A DNA stretch of 64,000 bases from Deltaproteobacteria bacterium. GTDB taxonomy: Bacteria > Myxococcota_A > UBA9160 > SMWR01. Made by a program: the position numbers and the translations under genes. The stretch lies in the NCBI GenBank assembly GCA_032128115.1, contig JAQBHB010000051.1, positions 18,629 to 82,628 on the forward strand. Direction: 5' to 3'. The notes under the pieces are model-generated. The model was not told the origin of the DNA. It worked only from the letters and a program-made list of their open reading frames with translations, and made no database searches. Shown here piece by piece: positions 1 to 12,842 of the stretch (within the stretch, counting starts at the first letter, position 1; the number at the start of each line of letters is the position of its first letter).

Positions 1-690
1 ATCGGGGAGCACGGTTTGCCCTTGATCGAGGAGGCGTGGGAGCGACGCGGCCGGCGGGAACCGGTGCGGATCCTCACCCACTGCAACGCCGGCTGGCTGG
101 CCACCGTGGACTGGGGGACGGCGCTGGCGCCCATCTACCTGGCCCACGATCGGGGCATCCCCGTGCACGTATGGGTGGACGAGACGCGGCCCCGCAATCA
201 GGGGGCGAGCCTCACGGCCTGGGAGCTGGGCCAGCACGGCGTACCCCACACGGTGATCTCCGACAACGCGGGCGGCCACCTGATGCAGCGCGGTCAGGTG
301 GATCTGTGCATCACCGGAACCGATCGCACCACGGCCCGTGGCGATGTGTGCAACAAGATCGGCACCTACCTCAAGGCCCTGGCGGCCCGCGACAACCTCG
401 TTCCGTTCTACGTGGCACTTCCCTCGTCGAGCATCGACTGGGATCTGGACGACGGGCTGGCTGGAATTCCCATCGAGGAGCGCGCCGGCGAAGAGCTGCG
501 CCGGGTGACCGGCCGGAGCGACGACGGCCGTATGATCCAGGTGACGATCCTGCCGGACGCCAGCCCGGTGGCGAATCACGGCTTCGACGTGACGCCGGCG
601 CGCCTGGTGACTGCCCTGGTGACGGAACTCGGGCGCTTCGAGGCCTCGACGCGGGGTCTTTTGGATCTCCGGTCCGGCGCAAGGCGCTAG
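1..690 (+). CDS. mtnA: S-methyl-5-thioribose-1-phosphate isomerase (5'-truncated by window edge)
   Basis: Motifs [33 protein letters not shown]; frame open from base 1. Confidence 0.93.
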   Translation: MGEHGLPLIEEAWERRGRREPVRILTHCNAGWLATVDWGTALAPIYLAHDRGIPVHVWVDETRPRNQGASLTAWELGQHGVPHTVISDNAGGHLMQRGQVDLCITGTDRTTARGDVCNKIGTYLKALAARDNLVPFYVALPSSSIDWDLDDGLAGIPIEERAGEELRRVTGRSDDGRMIQVTILPDASPVANHGFDVTPARLVTALVTELGRFEASTRGLLDLRSGARR

Positions 691-699
691 GCGCGCCGG

Positions 700-1521
700 G
701 TGGGCACGCTCTTCGTCGTCGCAACACCGATCGGAAACCTGGAGGACGTGACCCTTCGCGCGCTGCGCGTGCTGGGCGAGGCCGACCTGGTGCTGGCCGA
801 GGACACCCGGCGCACGCGCGTGCTGCTGGACCGGCACGCGGTGAAGGCACGCCCCGTGTCGTTGCACGCCCACAACGAGGTGGCTCGCGTCGAGAGGGTC
901 CTGGCGGTGTTGGCCAGCGGGGGCTCGGTGGCGTTGGTCTCCGACGCGGGGACGCCGCTGGTGTCGGATCCGGGCGAGCGCCTGGTGGCCGCCGTCATCG
1001 AGGCCGGCTATGTCGTAACCCCTGTGCCCGGGGCCTCGGCCGTGCTTTCGGCCGTGACCGTGTCGGGCCTGCCGGCGGCGTCCTTCACCTTCCTGGGATT
1101 TCCGCCGCGCCGGGCCGGGGCCCGCAACGCGGCGCTTGCGGCGCTGCGCGATCGGCCCGAGTCCCTGGTGTGGTTCGAGTCGCCGCGTCGGCTCGCGGCG
1201 ACTCTTCGCCACCTGGCCGACGCGCTCGGAGATCGGCGCGCGGCCGTGGCGCGCGAACTCACCAAGCTTCACGAAGAGGTGGTGCGGGGAACCCTTTCGG
1301 AGCTGGCCGAACACTTTGCCGAGGGCGCCCGAGGAGAGGTGACGATCGTCGTCGCGGGCGCGGCGCCCGCCCCCGCCGACGCAGAGAGCCTCGACAGCGA
1401 GATCCAACGCCGCCTGGATGCCGGCGACTCCCCCCGCGAGATCGCCGACAACCTGCCGCGCCCTCGCGGCATGGGCCGCCGCAGCCTCTACCAGAGAGCC
1501 CTCGCCCTGCGCCGCCCCTGA
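700..1521 (+). CDS. rsmI: 16S rRNA (cytidine1402-2'-O)-methyltransferase
   Basis: VATPIGNLED, AEDTR, LVSDAGTPLVSDPG, FESPRR, RELTKLHEE. Confidence 0.95.
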   Translation: MGTLFVVATPIGNLEDVTLRALRVLGEADLVLAEDTRRTRVLLDRHAVKARPVSLHAHNEVARVERVLAVLASGGSVALVSDAGTPLVSDPGERLVAAVIEAGYVVTPVPGASAVLSAVTVSGLPAASFTFLGFPPRRAGARNAALAALRDRPESLVWFESPRRLAATLRHLADALGDRRAAVARELTKLHEEVVRGTLSELAEHFAEGARGEVTIVVAGAAPAPADAESLDSEIQRRLDAGDSPREIADNLPRPRGMGRRSLYQRALALRRP

Positions 1522-1537
1522 CCCCCGTTTCGCTTCA

Positions 1538-3715
<2,178 letters not shown>

Positions 3716-3727
3716 TCAGGGGAGGAC

Positions 3728-4939
3728 ATGGGCCAGGCCGCGCAATGGGAGGGGTTCGACCCGGGCGAGCGGGACCCGGGTTTGCGTCGCTTCGCCGACG
3801 CCATGCCGGACGGCGTGGCCGTGGTGGGCAACGGCCGTATCCACTGGGCCAGCGAGCGGTTGCTGGAGCTGTTGGGCCGCACCGCCTCCGACCTGTGCCA
3901 GGTCGGATTCGCGGAGCTCTTCTCGGACGACGGGTCCGGCGTGCCCGATCCGGACCGGATCCGGGCCGTGGAGTGCCGGATCGAGCGTCCCGACGGAGAG
4001 ATCCGGAACGTGATCTGCCGGCCGGTCGATCTGACCGACGGGCGCGGGGCCGACCGGACGTCGGCCGGCGATTCCGGCGCGTGGGTGATCGAGGACGTGA
4101 CCCACGTGCGGTTGCTCGAGCGCGAGCTGCATCGCATGAACCAGGAACTGGGCCGCACCAATCAGGAGCTGGCCGTCCTGCGCGAGCGGCTTCGGGGCGA
4201 GCTGGCCGAGCGCGAGGAGCTTCTTGCCGTCGTGAGTCACGAGCTTCGCACGCCGGTGACCGTGATCAGCGGCTACAACCGTCTGCTGCTCTGCGACCAG
4301 GTGGGCAGCCTGAACGACGAGCAGCGCGGCTTCCTGGAAGAGAGCAACAAGAGCTGTGAGCGACTCAACGACTTCATCGGCAACCTGTTGACGGCGTCGC
4401 GCGACGCCAAGGGCGGCGACGTCCTCCAGATCTGCCAGGGGTCGCTGGTGGGTGTGATCGAAGGCGTGCGCGGTGCGCTGCGACCCCTTCTGGAAGAGGG
4501 GAAGCTGAAGATCCGGATCGACGCGTCCCCCGAAGCCAGCCACGCGCGTTTCGATCCGCTGCGCCTGGACCAGATCCTGACCAATCTGCTGGGCAACGCC
4601 ATCAAGTTTTCGAAACCGGGTGACACCATCGAGGTCTCCACGGCGGCGTTGCCTCCCAGCCAGGGCTCGAGCCAGAGCCTGGTGGAGGTGGCCGTCGCCG
4701 ACGAGGGTCCCGGCGTCGACCCGGACGACCGGATCCGGATCTTCGAGCCCTATGTGCGGGCCGGCGACGACACGCGCGCCAACGGGTTGGGTCTCGGTCT
4801 GGCCATCTGCAAGCGCTTGGTGGAGGCCCACGGCGGCGGGATCCGGGTGACGGACCGGCCGGGCGGGGGCAGCCGCTTCGCGTTCACCCTTCCCCTGGGC
4901 GATGGCAAAAGGGCCACGCAGGCAGAGGAAGGCGAGTAG
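3728..4939 (+). CDS. Cytoplasmic sensor histidine kinase (PAS-like N-terminus)
   Basis: H-box SHELRTP, N-box NLLGNAIKF, G1 DEGPG, G2 GLGLGLAI; GGAGG RBS before ATG 3728; no TM segment seen. Confidence 0.9.
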   Translation: MGQAAQWEGFDPGERDPGLRRFADAMPDGVAVVGNGRIHWASERLLELLGRTASDLCQVGFAELFSDDGSGVPDPDRIRAVECRIERPDGEIRNVICRPVDLTDGRGADRTSAGDSGAWVIEDVTHVRLLERELHRMNQELGRTNQELAVLRERLRGELAEREELLAVVSHELRTPVTVISGYNRLLLCDQVGSLNDEQRGFLEESNKSCERLNDFIGNLLTASRDAKGGDVLQICQGSLVGVIEGVRGALRPLLEEGKLKIRIDASPEASHARFDPLRLDQILTNLLGNAIKFSKPGDTIEVSTAALPPSQGSSQSLVEVAVADEGPGVDPDDRIRIFEPYVRAGDDTRANGLGLGLAICKRLVEAHGGGIRVTDRPGGGSRFAFTLPLGDGKRATQAEEGE

Positions 4940-4942
4940 TCG

Positions 4943-6388
4943 GTGGTATCGAAGCGAAGCCGCGCGGGGTTGGTGCGATCCAAACACCGATCGCAGAAAC
5001 ATTTCCGGGTGCTCGTCGTGGACGACTCGGAGATGATCCGCACCTATCTGGCAAATCTGTTGGAGCTCAAGGGCTATGGCGTGGACACCGCCGAAGACGG
5101 GCGGCGCGCGCTGGCGTTGCTGGAAGGCGGCGCCTCTCCGGACGTGGTGATCCTCGATGTGATGATGCCCGGGCTCGACGGGCTCGAGACCCTGCGGCGG
5201 GTTCGCGAGTTCGACGAGGAGACGCCGGTGGTGATGCTGTCGGTGGTGGGCAAGGCAAGCACGATCGTCGAGGCCATGACCCTGGGCGCCGCCGACTTCC
5301 TGAACAAGCCGCTGGAAGAGGACGAACTCGAGCGCACGCTGGAGCGGGTGCTGGAGAAGAAGATTCAGGAACGAGAGTTGGAACACGAATCGATCACTCC
5401 CTATCGCGAGGGAGTGGTCTGGGCGAGTCCGCCCATGCAGCGGATTCACGAGTTGCTCGTGCAGGTGTCGGACACGGATGTCACCGTCCTGATCGGCGGC
5501 GAGAGTGGCGTGGGCAAGGAGATCGTGGCGCGGACCGCCCACGAGATCTCGAGCCGCTCGAATCGCGCCTTCGTGAAGGTCAACTGTGCGGCCCTTCCGG
5601 AAGACCTGCTGGAGAGTGAGCTGTTCGGCTACGAAAAGGGCGCCTTCACCGGCGCGGCCCACCGCAAGCAGGGAAAGTTCGAACTCGCGAACCGCGGCAC
5701 GATCTTCCTGGATGAAATCGGCGAGATGAGCGCCTCGCTCCAGGGCAAGCTGCTCCAGGTGCTTCAGGACGGCGAGTTCACGCGGCTGGGTGGAAACGCC
5801 GACATCCGGGTGGATGTGCGCGTCATCTGTGCCACGAATCGAAAACTCGAAGACATGGTGCGCGAAGGGACGTTCCGCGAGGACCTGTTCTTCCGGCTCA
5901 ACGTGGTCAACATCCCGATTCCGCCGCTGCGTGAGCGCAAGGAGGAGATTCCACGCCTGGTGGAGACCTTCCTGCGGCGGTACCCGGCACACTATCGCAA
6001 GCCGATTCCACGCCTGAGCGACCGACTTCTGCACAGTTTCGAGCGCTACGCCTTCCCGGGCAACGTTCGGGAGCTGGAGAACATGATCAAGCGCATCGTG
6101 GTGCTGGGGAGCGAGGAGCCCATCCTCGCGGATATCCGGCGCGAGGAGCGGGTTACGGAGCGCTCATGCAGCGCCCTGCGCGACCTGATCGATGACGTGG
6201 AGGCCCGGGCCGGCGAGCTGCCCCTGCGCGAGGTGGGACGGCTGGTGGCGCAGGAGGCGGAGCGCGAGACGATCGGCCGGGCCCTGGAGCAGACCAACTG
6301 GAACCGCAAGCAGGCGGCCCGGATGTTGGGTGTGAGCTACAAGACCCTGTTGCAGAAGATCCGGGGCTGCGGGCTGGAACCGCACTAG
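4943..6388 (+). CDS. Sigma-54-dependent NtrC-family response regulator
   Basis: Receiver (VVDD, DVMMPG), Walker A GESGVGKE, GAFTGA, FLDEIGE, Fis-type HTH; exact start uncertain. Confidence 0.93.
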   Translation: MVSKRSRAGLVRSKHRSQKHFRVLVVDDSEMIRTYLANLLELKGYGVDTAEDGRRALALLEGGASPDVVILDVMMPGLDGLETLRRVREFDEETPVVMLSVVGKASTIVEAMTLGAADFLNKPLEEDELERTLERVLEKKIQERELEHESITPYREGVVWASPPMQRIHELLVQVSDTDVTVLIGGESGVGKEIVARTAHEISSRSNRAFVKVNCAALPEDLLESELFGYEKGAFTGAAHRKQGKFELANRGTIFLDEIGEMSASLQGKLLQVLQDGEFTRLGGNADIRVDVRVICATNRKLEDMVREGTFREDLFFRLNVVNIPIPPLRERKEEIPRLVETFLRRYPAHYRKPIPRLSDRLLHSFERYAFPGNVRELENMIKRIVVLGSEEPILADIRREERVTERSCSALRDLIDDVEARAGELPLREVGRLVAQEAERETIGRALEQTNWNRKQAARMLGVSYKTLLQKIRGCGLEPH

Positions 6389-6441
6389 GCGCTATACTGC
6401 GCCGCCTTCTCAACCCCGTCCCCCGAGAAGAGACGAGCGCG

Positions 6442-7125
6442 ATGGAGCAACTCAGCCTACAGCTGCCGGAAGCGGCGCCCCTGCCGCTGCTGCCCTTGAT
6501 GATCAGTCTGGGCCTGGGGCTCATTCTGGCGGTGAGCCTGCGTTGGCACTTCCAGCGCTTCGGCTCCACCCTGTCGAACCGCGGCGAGTTCGCCCAGGTC
6601 TTCCCGTTCATCGTGCTCACCACGGTCCTGATCATCACGGTGGTGAAATCGTCCCTGGCACTCTCACTGGGTCTGGTGGGCGCGCTTTCCATCGTGCGCT
6701 TCCGAACGCCCATCAAGGAGCCGGAAGAGCTGGCCTACCTGTTCATGGCCATCGCCATGGGACTCGGACTCGGTGCCGATCAGTGGTACGCCACCGTCCT
6801 GGCCAGCGTGGTGATCCTGGCGGCCATCGCGGCGCTGCGCTGGGCCCAGCGCGACCGGGAAGACAAGTCCCTGTTCCTCTCGATCGACTGGTCGGGCTAC
6901 GACGGCAGCGACCAGAGGCTCGACGCCCTCAACGAGGTGGTGTCGCGACACGTCTCCATCGGCGACATCCGCCGCATCGACGCGCGCGACGGCGGCCTCG
7001 AGGCCACCTACTTCGTGGACGTGAGCGAGAGCGGCAAGATCTCGGCCCTGTTGGACGATCTCAAGCGGACCTTCCCGGGCATCGGGGTCTCCTTCATCGA
7101 CCAGAACCGCCTCCCGAGCGTGTGA
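6442..7125 (+). CDS. DUF4956 family membrane protein
   Basis: Signature SLALSLGLVGALSIVRFRTPIKEPEELAYLF; several TM helices; coupled to VTC gene. Confidence 0.85.
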   Translation: MEQLSLQLPEAAPLPLLPLMISLGLGLILAVSLRWHFQRFGSTLSNRGEFAQVFPFIVLTTVLIITVVKSSLALSLGLVGALSIVRFRTPIKEPEELAYLFMAIAMGLGLGADQWYATVLASVVILAAIAALRWAQRDREDKSLFLSIDWSGYDGSDQRLDALNEVVSRHVSIGDIRRIDARDGGLEATYFVDVSESGKISALLDDLKRTFPGIGVSFIDQNRLPSV

Positions 7126-7811
7126 CGCGAAAGCTGCCCGAATCCGCGCGGTACGAGGTGAAGTTCATCGCTTCGCCGGACGAGTATCACCGCATGGAGC
7201 ATTGGATTGCCATGCACCCGGCGGGCTTCCGCTCGCCGTTTCCGCCCCGGCAGGTGAACAACGTCTATTTCGACGACCACAACCTCTACGCGTATGCCGA
7301 GAACCTGAGCGGCGCCAGCGCCCGTTCCAAGGTCCGCCTGCGTTGGTACGGCGATACCTTCCAGGCCGAGAAATGCGTCCTCGAGGTGAAGCAGAAGCGG
7401 AACATGCTGGGGTGGAAGTACAACTTCCGCGTTGGCCCGATCGACTTCGAGAACCAGTCGTGGGTCTCGATCCGGCGCAGCCTCCGCTCCCAACTCGAGC
7501 CCGAGGGCCGGCCCTGGTTCGACGAGAACCCCCAGCCGGTGCTGATCAACCGCTATCGCCGCAACTACTACCTGTCCCACGATGGGAAGGTCCGGGTCAC
7601 GCTGGATTCGCACCAGGAAGTGCTCGACCAGCGCGTGGCGCCGCGGCCCAACCTGAGGCGCGCCACCAATCTTCCGCAGACCATCGTGGTCGAGTTCAAG
7701 TTCGGACGCGGCGATTTCCCGACGGGATCGCGAGCCATCCAGGGCGTTCCGATCCGGGTGAGCCGCAACTCCAAGTATGTAATCGGCGTTCAGTCGCTCC
7801 TCGCGAGCTGA
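7122..7811 (+). CDS. VTC-domain (polyphosphate polymerase, CYTH-like) protein
   Basis: RYEVKF, NVYFD, KVRLRWY, LEVK, RVTLD, VEFK, NSKY; GTGA overlap with upstream stop. Confidence 0.85.
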   Translation: MTRKLPESARYEVKFIASPDEYHRMEHWIAMHPAGFRSPFPPRQVNNVYFDDHNLYAYAENLSGASARSKVRLRWYGDTFQAEKCVLEVKQKRNMLGWKYNFRVGPIDFENQSWVSIRRSLRSQLEPEGRPWFDENPQPVLINRYRRNYYLSHDGKVRVTLDSHQEVLDQRVAPRPNLRRATNLPQTIVVEFKFGRGDFPTGSRAIQGVPIRVSRNSKYVIGVQSLLAS

Positions 7812-7821
7812 AGGGCGACGC

Positions 7822-9501
7822 GTGTCACTCGTCCGGTGGCTGCACACGGTTCGCCATCTGCGTCGCCGTCAGGTGGTGGGGCAGGTGGCTTTGCGTCTGC
7901 GCCGGGTCCTCGAGGATCCGGCCCGCTTCGCGGCGCGACCGACCCCGCCGCCTGCACCCGTGCACTGGCGATCCCGCTCCGGGTACTTCCCCCCCGGACC
8001 CCAGGCGCGCGACCCGGCCGGGATCTTGCGCGGCGAGTTCCGTTTCCTGAACCGCAGCCACGCCCTGGGCTGGCCGCCGCGCTGGGACGCGCCGTCGCTT
8101 CCGGCGCTGCACCGCTACAACCTGCACTACTTCGAGTTCCTGTGGGCCCTTCCGTACGAAGACGCCCGTGGTGGCGTGCGCGACTGGATCCGGCAGCACC
8201 CGCTGGCGCGGGAGCGGATCGGCTGGGCCCCGTATCCCACCTCCCAGCGCCTGGTGAACTGGTGCGCCTACTTCTTCGGCCGCCACGGCGAGATCACCGC
8301 AGCCGACACTGCCTTCGCGGAGGAGCTCTGGGCATCGATCTACCTGCAGGCCGAGTGGTTGCGGGCGCATCTGGAGACCCACCTGCTGGGGAACCACCTG
8401 CTGGAGAACGCAGTGGCCCTGGCCCTGTGCGGCAGCTGCTTCCGCGGCCCCAAGGCCGACCGCTGGCTCCGCACCGGCGAGCGGGTGCTTGCCGAGCAGC
8501 TGTCCGAGCAGATCCGCCCGGACGGCGGGCACTTCGAACACTCGCCCATGTATCACCTGCGCGTGGCGTTCGCGCTCACGACGCTGCTGGATGTGGGTCG
8601 CGACACGGTCGTGCGATTGGTGGAGGAGCCCCTGGCCCGCATGATGGCGGCGCTGCCGCGCCTGTGTCATCCGGATCGCGAGATCGCGCTCATCAACGAC
8701 AGCGGGTTCGGCGTCTACGGCCCGCCGGATGTGCTCCGTCAGTGGTGGGAACGGGTCGCCGGCCGCCAGGCGCCGGACGCCGGTCTCGGCGCCTTCGCCC
8801 TGCGCGACACGGGCTTCTACGGCTCATGCCAGGCCAACGGTCACTATCTGATCTGCGACGCGGGCCCCCTGGGCCCCGACTACCTGTTGGGCCACGCCCA
8901 CGCGGGTATCTTCTCGTTCGAGCTGTCTCTGCACGGGCAGCGGGTGATCGTCGATTCCGGGGTTCATGGCTACGAGCCGGACGAACTGCGCGGCTACTGC
9001 CGTTCGACCCGGGCCCACAACACGGTCGAGATCGACGGCGAGGACCAGTGCGAGCTGTGGGCGGCGTTCCGCGTGGGCCGACGGGGCAGGCCGCGCGACG
9101 TGGTATTCGAGGCCGAGGCCCTCGGCTTCCGTCTGCGGGCCTGGCACGATGGCTACGAGCGCCTTCCGGGTCGGCCCCGGCACCGGCGCCATTTCCGATG
9201 GGAGAATCGGGGCGTCTTGACCGTGGAAGATGTGATCACCAGCTCGCGCCCGGTCCGCATCGCGTCGCGCCTGCACCTGCACCCGGACTGTGAGATCCGC
9301 AGCCTGGACGCGACCCGGGCATGTGTGGAGCATCCTCGGGGCCGCTTCACGGTGGTCTTCAACGGGGACGGCCGCCTGGAGGAAGAGGAATCGTCCTACT
9401 GCCCCGAGTTCGGCCTGCGCCTGGACAACAGGGCCCTGCGGTTCTCCGCATCGGGTGCGCGGGTCGACCTGGGATTCCGCCTCGAAGACGAGGCGCGCTA
9501 G
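7822..9501 (+). CDS. Heparinase II/III family protein (no signal peptide)
   Basis: GNHLLENA, DGGHFEHSPMYH, GHAHA, STRAHNTV. Confidence 0.85.
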   Translation: MSLVRWLHTVRHLRRRQVVGQVALRLRRVLEDPARFAARPTPPPAPVHWRSRSGYFPPGPQARDPAGILRGEFRFLNRSHALGWPPRWDAPSLPALHRYNLHYFEFLWALPYEDARGGVRDWIRQHPLARERIGWAPYPTSQRLVNWCAYFFGRHGEITAADTAFAEELWASIYLQAEWLRAHLETHLLGNHLLENAVALALCGSCFRGPKADRWLRTGERVLAEQLSEQIRPDGGHFEHSPMYHLRVAFALTTLLDVGRDTVVRLVEEPLARMMAALPRLCHPDREIALINDSGFGVYGPPDVLRQWWERVAGRQAPDAGLGAFALRDTGFYGSCQANGHYLICDAGPLGPDYLLGHAHAGIFSFELSLHGQRVIVDSGVHGYEPDELRGYCRSTRAHNTVEIDGEDQCELWAAFRVGRRGRPRDVVFEAEALGFRLRAWHDGYERLPGRPRHRRHFRWENRGVLTVEDVITSSRPVRIASRLHLHPDCEIRSLDATRACVEHPRGRFTVVFNGDGRLEEEESSYCPEFGLRLDNRALRFSASGARVDLGFRLEDEAR

Positions 9502-9512
9502 CGATCCGATCC

Positions 9513-10760
9513 ATGCGCATCCTCTACTTCTCCCACTACTTCCATCCGGAGGGCAACGCGCCGGCGGCGCGGGTCTACGAACTGTGCCGGCGCTGGGTGG
9601 CGCAGGGGCATCAGGTCACGGTGATCACGTGCGCCCCGAACGTGCCCGTTGGCGTGGTCTACGACGGCTACCGCAACGGCTGGCTCCAGCGCGAAACCGT
9701 GCAGGGAGTCGAAACCATTCGGGTCTGGACCTACCTGGCGGCCAACAAGGGAACGGTTCGGCGCATCGCGAACTACGTCTCGTACATGCTGACGGCGATC
9801 CTGGCCGGGCTGCGCGTGGCCCGCCCCGACGTGGTGATCGCCACCTCGCCCCAGTTCTTCTGCGGCTGGGCCGGCGTCTGGGTGTGCCGGCTGCGCCGCC
9901 TGCCCCTCATTCTCGAGATCCGGGACCTCTGGCCCGAGTCCATCGTCACCGTGGGTGCCATGCGGAAGAGCGTCGCCGTGCGCCTGCTGGAGCGCTGGGA
10001 GCGCTCCATGTATCGGGCGGCCCGGCGGGTGGTGACCGTGGGAGAGGGCTACCGGGAGCAGCTGGTGGCCCGCGGGGTGCCCTCCGAACGCATCGATGTG
10101 ATTCCCAACGGCGTGGATCGCGCCATGTTCGATCGCACCACGGGCGGGGGCGGCGTGCGCGCCGAGTTCGGTCTGGGCGACGCCTTCGTGTGCGCCTACG
10201 TGGGCACCATCGGGATGGGCTCGGGGCTCGAGGTGGTGCTGCGCGCCGCGCGTCTGCTGCGCGACGCGCCCGGACCCGACGTGGTGTTCCTGCTGGTGGG
10301 CGACGGCGCCGTGCGCGAAGACCTGGAGCGCCGCGCCCGATCCGAGGGGCTGTCGAGGGTGGTCTTCACCGGGCGCCTGGACAAGAATCGCATTCCCGCC
10401 GTGCTGGCGGCCAGCGATGCCTGCCTGGTGCACTTGAGTCGCAAGGAACTCTTCCGAACGGTGCTTCCCTCGAAGATCTTCGAAGCCTCCGCCATGGCCC
10501 GGCCCATCGTGCTTGGCGTGGAGGGCTTTGCCGCGGACCTGGTGGCGGGCGCCGGGGCGGGCGTGTGCATCGAGCCGGAGAACGAGCGCGAACTGGTGGA
10601 GGCGGTGACTCGTCTCGCCGGCGATCCGGAGCGGGCCGCCGAGATGGGCCGGCGTGGTCTCGAGCAGATCGCCACCCGATACGACTACGATGAGCTGGCC
10701 GGGCGCTACCTGGGGGTGGTGTCGCGGTTGGTCCAGTGGGTTCAGCAGGGAGCCTCCTAG
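9513..10760 (+). CDS. GT4 glycosyltransferase (WbuB-like)
   Basis: MRILYFSHYFHPE, ATSPQFF, EIRDLWPES, PSKIFE. Confidence 0.88.
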   Translation: MRILYFSHYFHPEGNAPAARVYELCRRWVAQGHQVTVITCAPNVPVGVVYDGYRNGWLQRETVQGVETIRVWTYLAANKGTVRRIANYVSYMLTAILAGLRVARPDVVIATSPQFFCGWAGVWVCRLRRLPLILEIRDLWPESIVTVGAMRKSVAVRLLERWERSMYRAARRVVTVGEGYREQLVARGVPSERIDVIPNGVDRAMFDRTTGGGGVRAEFGLGDAFVCAYVGTIGMGSGLEVVLRAARLLRDAPGPDVVFLLVGDGAVREDLERRARSEGLSRVVFTGRLDKNRIPAVLAASDACLVHLSRKELFRTVLPSKIFEASAMARPIVLGVEGFAADLVAGAGAGVCIEPENERELVEAVTRLAGDPERAAEMGRRGLEQIATRYDYDELAGRYLGVVSRLVQWVQQGAS

Positions 10761-10761
10761 C

Positions 10762-11853
10762 GTGCGGATCCTGAACGTGGTCGGGGCGAGGCCCAACCTG
10801 ATGAAGATCGCCCCCCTGATGGACGCCTACGCGGCGTCCGAACGGATCGAGCCGATCCTCGTGCATACGGGCCAGCACTACGACCACAACATGAGCGAAC
10901 TCTTCTTTCGGCAGCTGGGCATCCCTGAGCCGGAGATCAATCTGGGCGTGGGCAGCGGATCCCACGCGGTCCAGACCGCCGAGATCATCCGCGCGTTCGA
11001 GCCGGTGGTGTTGGATCAAAAGCCGTCGGCGGTGCTGGTGGTGGGCGACGTGAACAGCACCATCGCCTGCGGGCTCGTGGCGACGAAACTGGGGATTCCG
11101 CTCGTGCACGTGGAGGCGGGCCTGCGGAGCTTCGATCGCAGCATGCCCGAGGAGATCAACCGGGTGCTCACCGATTCCATCAGCGATCTGCTCTTCTGTA
11201 CCGAGGCCAGTGGGGTCTCGAACCTGGCGCGAGAGGGAGTGGATCCGGCGAAGGTCCACCTGGTGGGCAACGTCATGATCGACACCATGATGAAGCACCG
11301 GAAGCGGGCCGAGGCGTCGCCGATCCTTCGGGAACTCGGGCTCGAAGCCGACGGCTACGCGGTGTTGACCCTCCACCGCCCCTCCAACGTGGACGATCCC
11401 GACACGTTGACGGGCATCGTGGATGCCCTGGAAGTGATCCAGCGCGACCTGCCGGTGATCTTTCCCATGCACCCACGCACGGGTGAGCGCCTGCGAGAGT
11501 TCGGGCTGGCAGCCCGGGTGGAGGCGCTCTCGGGCCTGCGCCTGGTCGGGCCGGCGGGCTATCTGGACTTCCTCGAGCTGATGGCCCGTGCGCGACTGGT
11601 GTTGACCGACTCCGGCGGCATCCAGGAGGAGACCACCATCCTGAAGGTGCCGTGCCTCACCCTGCGCGAGAACACCGAGCGTCCGGTTACGTTGGAGGTG
11701 GGTGGCAACCAGCTGGTGGGAAGCGATCCCGATCGCATCGTATCGGCCTACCGGGCCCTGGCCCGTGGCGAGCGACCCCAGGTGGGAACGCCGCCGCTCT
11801 GGGACGGCCGGGCGGCGGGCCGCATCGTCGAGATCCTGGAGCGGTCGCTATGA
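10762..11853 (+). CDS. wecB: UDP-N-acetylglucosamine 2-epimerase (non-hydrolysing)
   Basis: GARPN, HTGQHYD, HVEAGLRS, PEEINR, TDSGGIQEE, RENTERP. Confidence 0.92.
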   Translation: MRILNVVGARPNLMKIAPLMDAYAASERIEPILVHTGQHYDHNMSELFFRQLGIPEPEINLGVGSGSHAVQTAEIIRAFEPVVLDQKPSAVLVVGDVNSTIACGLVATKLGIPLVHVEAGLRSFDRSMPEEINRVLTDSISDLLFCTEASGVSNLAREGVDPAKVHLVGNVMIDTMMKHRKRAEASPILRELGLEADGYAVLTLHRPSNVDDPDTLTGIVDALEVIQRDLPVIFPMHPRTGERLREFGLAARVEALSGLRLVGPAGYLDFLELMARARLVLTDSGGIQEETTILKVPCLTLRENTERPVTLEVGGNQLVGSDPDRIVSAYRALARGERPQVGTPPLWDGRAAGRIVEILERSL

Positions 11854-12842
11854 GCGCGCGTCACGCGGTGGGCATCGTGGGCGCCGGAATGATCGCCGAG
11901 ACCCTTCACCTGCCGGTACTCACCAGCATGCAGGACGTGCGGGTCGCCTGGATCGCCGATCGCGATCCGGAGCGCGCCAGGTCCCTGGCCGCGGCGTACG
12001 GGGTTGCGCCGGCGCCGCTGCCCGCGGATCCGGCGCAGCTACCGGCGTGCGACGCCGTGCTGCTGGCCATCCCGCTGCAAGTGCGCCGTCCCTACTACGA
12101 GGCCTTCTCCGCCCGGGGCACCGCCGTGATGGCGGAGAAGCCATTCGCCGTCGACAGCGATGAGCACCGGGCGATTCTCGATCTGTTTCCGGCCCACCGG
12201 ATCGCCTGTGGCTACCAGCGCCGAACCTTCGCGAACACCCTGCTGATCCGGAAGCTGCTCGCAAAGGGCTGGCTGGGGCCGCTGCGGGAGATCGTGCTGC
12301 GCGAGGGGGACCGGGTGAAGCGGAGTGGCGCCGACTCGCGTCACTTCGACGACGTGGCCCTGGCGGGGGGCGGCGTGCTGATCAGCCTGGGCTGTCACAG
12401 CCTGGACTGGGTGGTGTTCGTCACCGGTGCCACCGGCTACGAGATCCTGGCCGAGGACGTGGTGTTCGACGGCGAGCTCGACCGCAAGGTGACAGCCCGG
12501 ATTCGCCTGGAGACCGGCGAGGCGAGCGTGGAACTGGACTACTGCGTCAGCTGGCTCGACGCCCAGCCGAACTGCACGGAACTTCGCTTCGAGCATGCGG
12601 AGGTCACGCTGGGCAACGCTCCGGCGTCTCCGGTGCTCCTGCACTCGCCTGGGGAGGTCGCGGGCGCGGGTCTGACCGCCCCCGCTGGGGGCGCGACCAC
12701 CCAGAACCAGGCCTGTTTTCTGGAGTGGTCGCACTTTCTGGCAGGGCTCGTCAGCGGAACGCCCTCGTTGGTGTCCGCGTCGGAGACGCTGCTGACCACG
12801 GCGCTCATGGAAGACATCTATCGGGGCGCGCGGGGCGCATGA
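11850..12842 (+). CDS. Gfo/Idh/MocA family oxidoreductase
   Basis: GIVGAG Rossmann motif, AEKP, GGGVLISLGCHSLD; ATGA coupling. Confidence 0.82.
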   Translation: MSARHAVGIVGAGMIAETLHLPVLTSMQDVRVAWIADRDPERARSLAAAYGVAPAPLPADPAQLPACDAVLLAIPLQVRRPYYEAFSARGTAVMAEKPFAVDSDEHRAILDLFPAHRIACGYQRRTFANTLLIRKLLAKGWLGPLREIVLREGDRVKRSGADSRHFDDVALAGGGVLISLGCHSLDWVVFVTGATGYEILAEDVVFDGELDRKVTARIRLETGEASVELDYCVSWLDAQPNCTELRFEHAEVTLGNAPASPVLLHSPGEVAGAGLTAPAGGATTQNQACFLEWSHFLAGLVSGTPSLVSASETLLTTALMEDIYRGARGA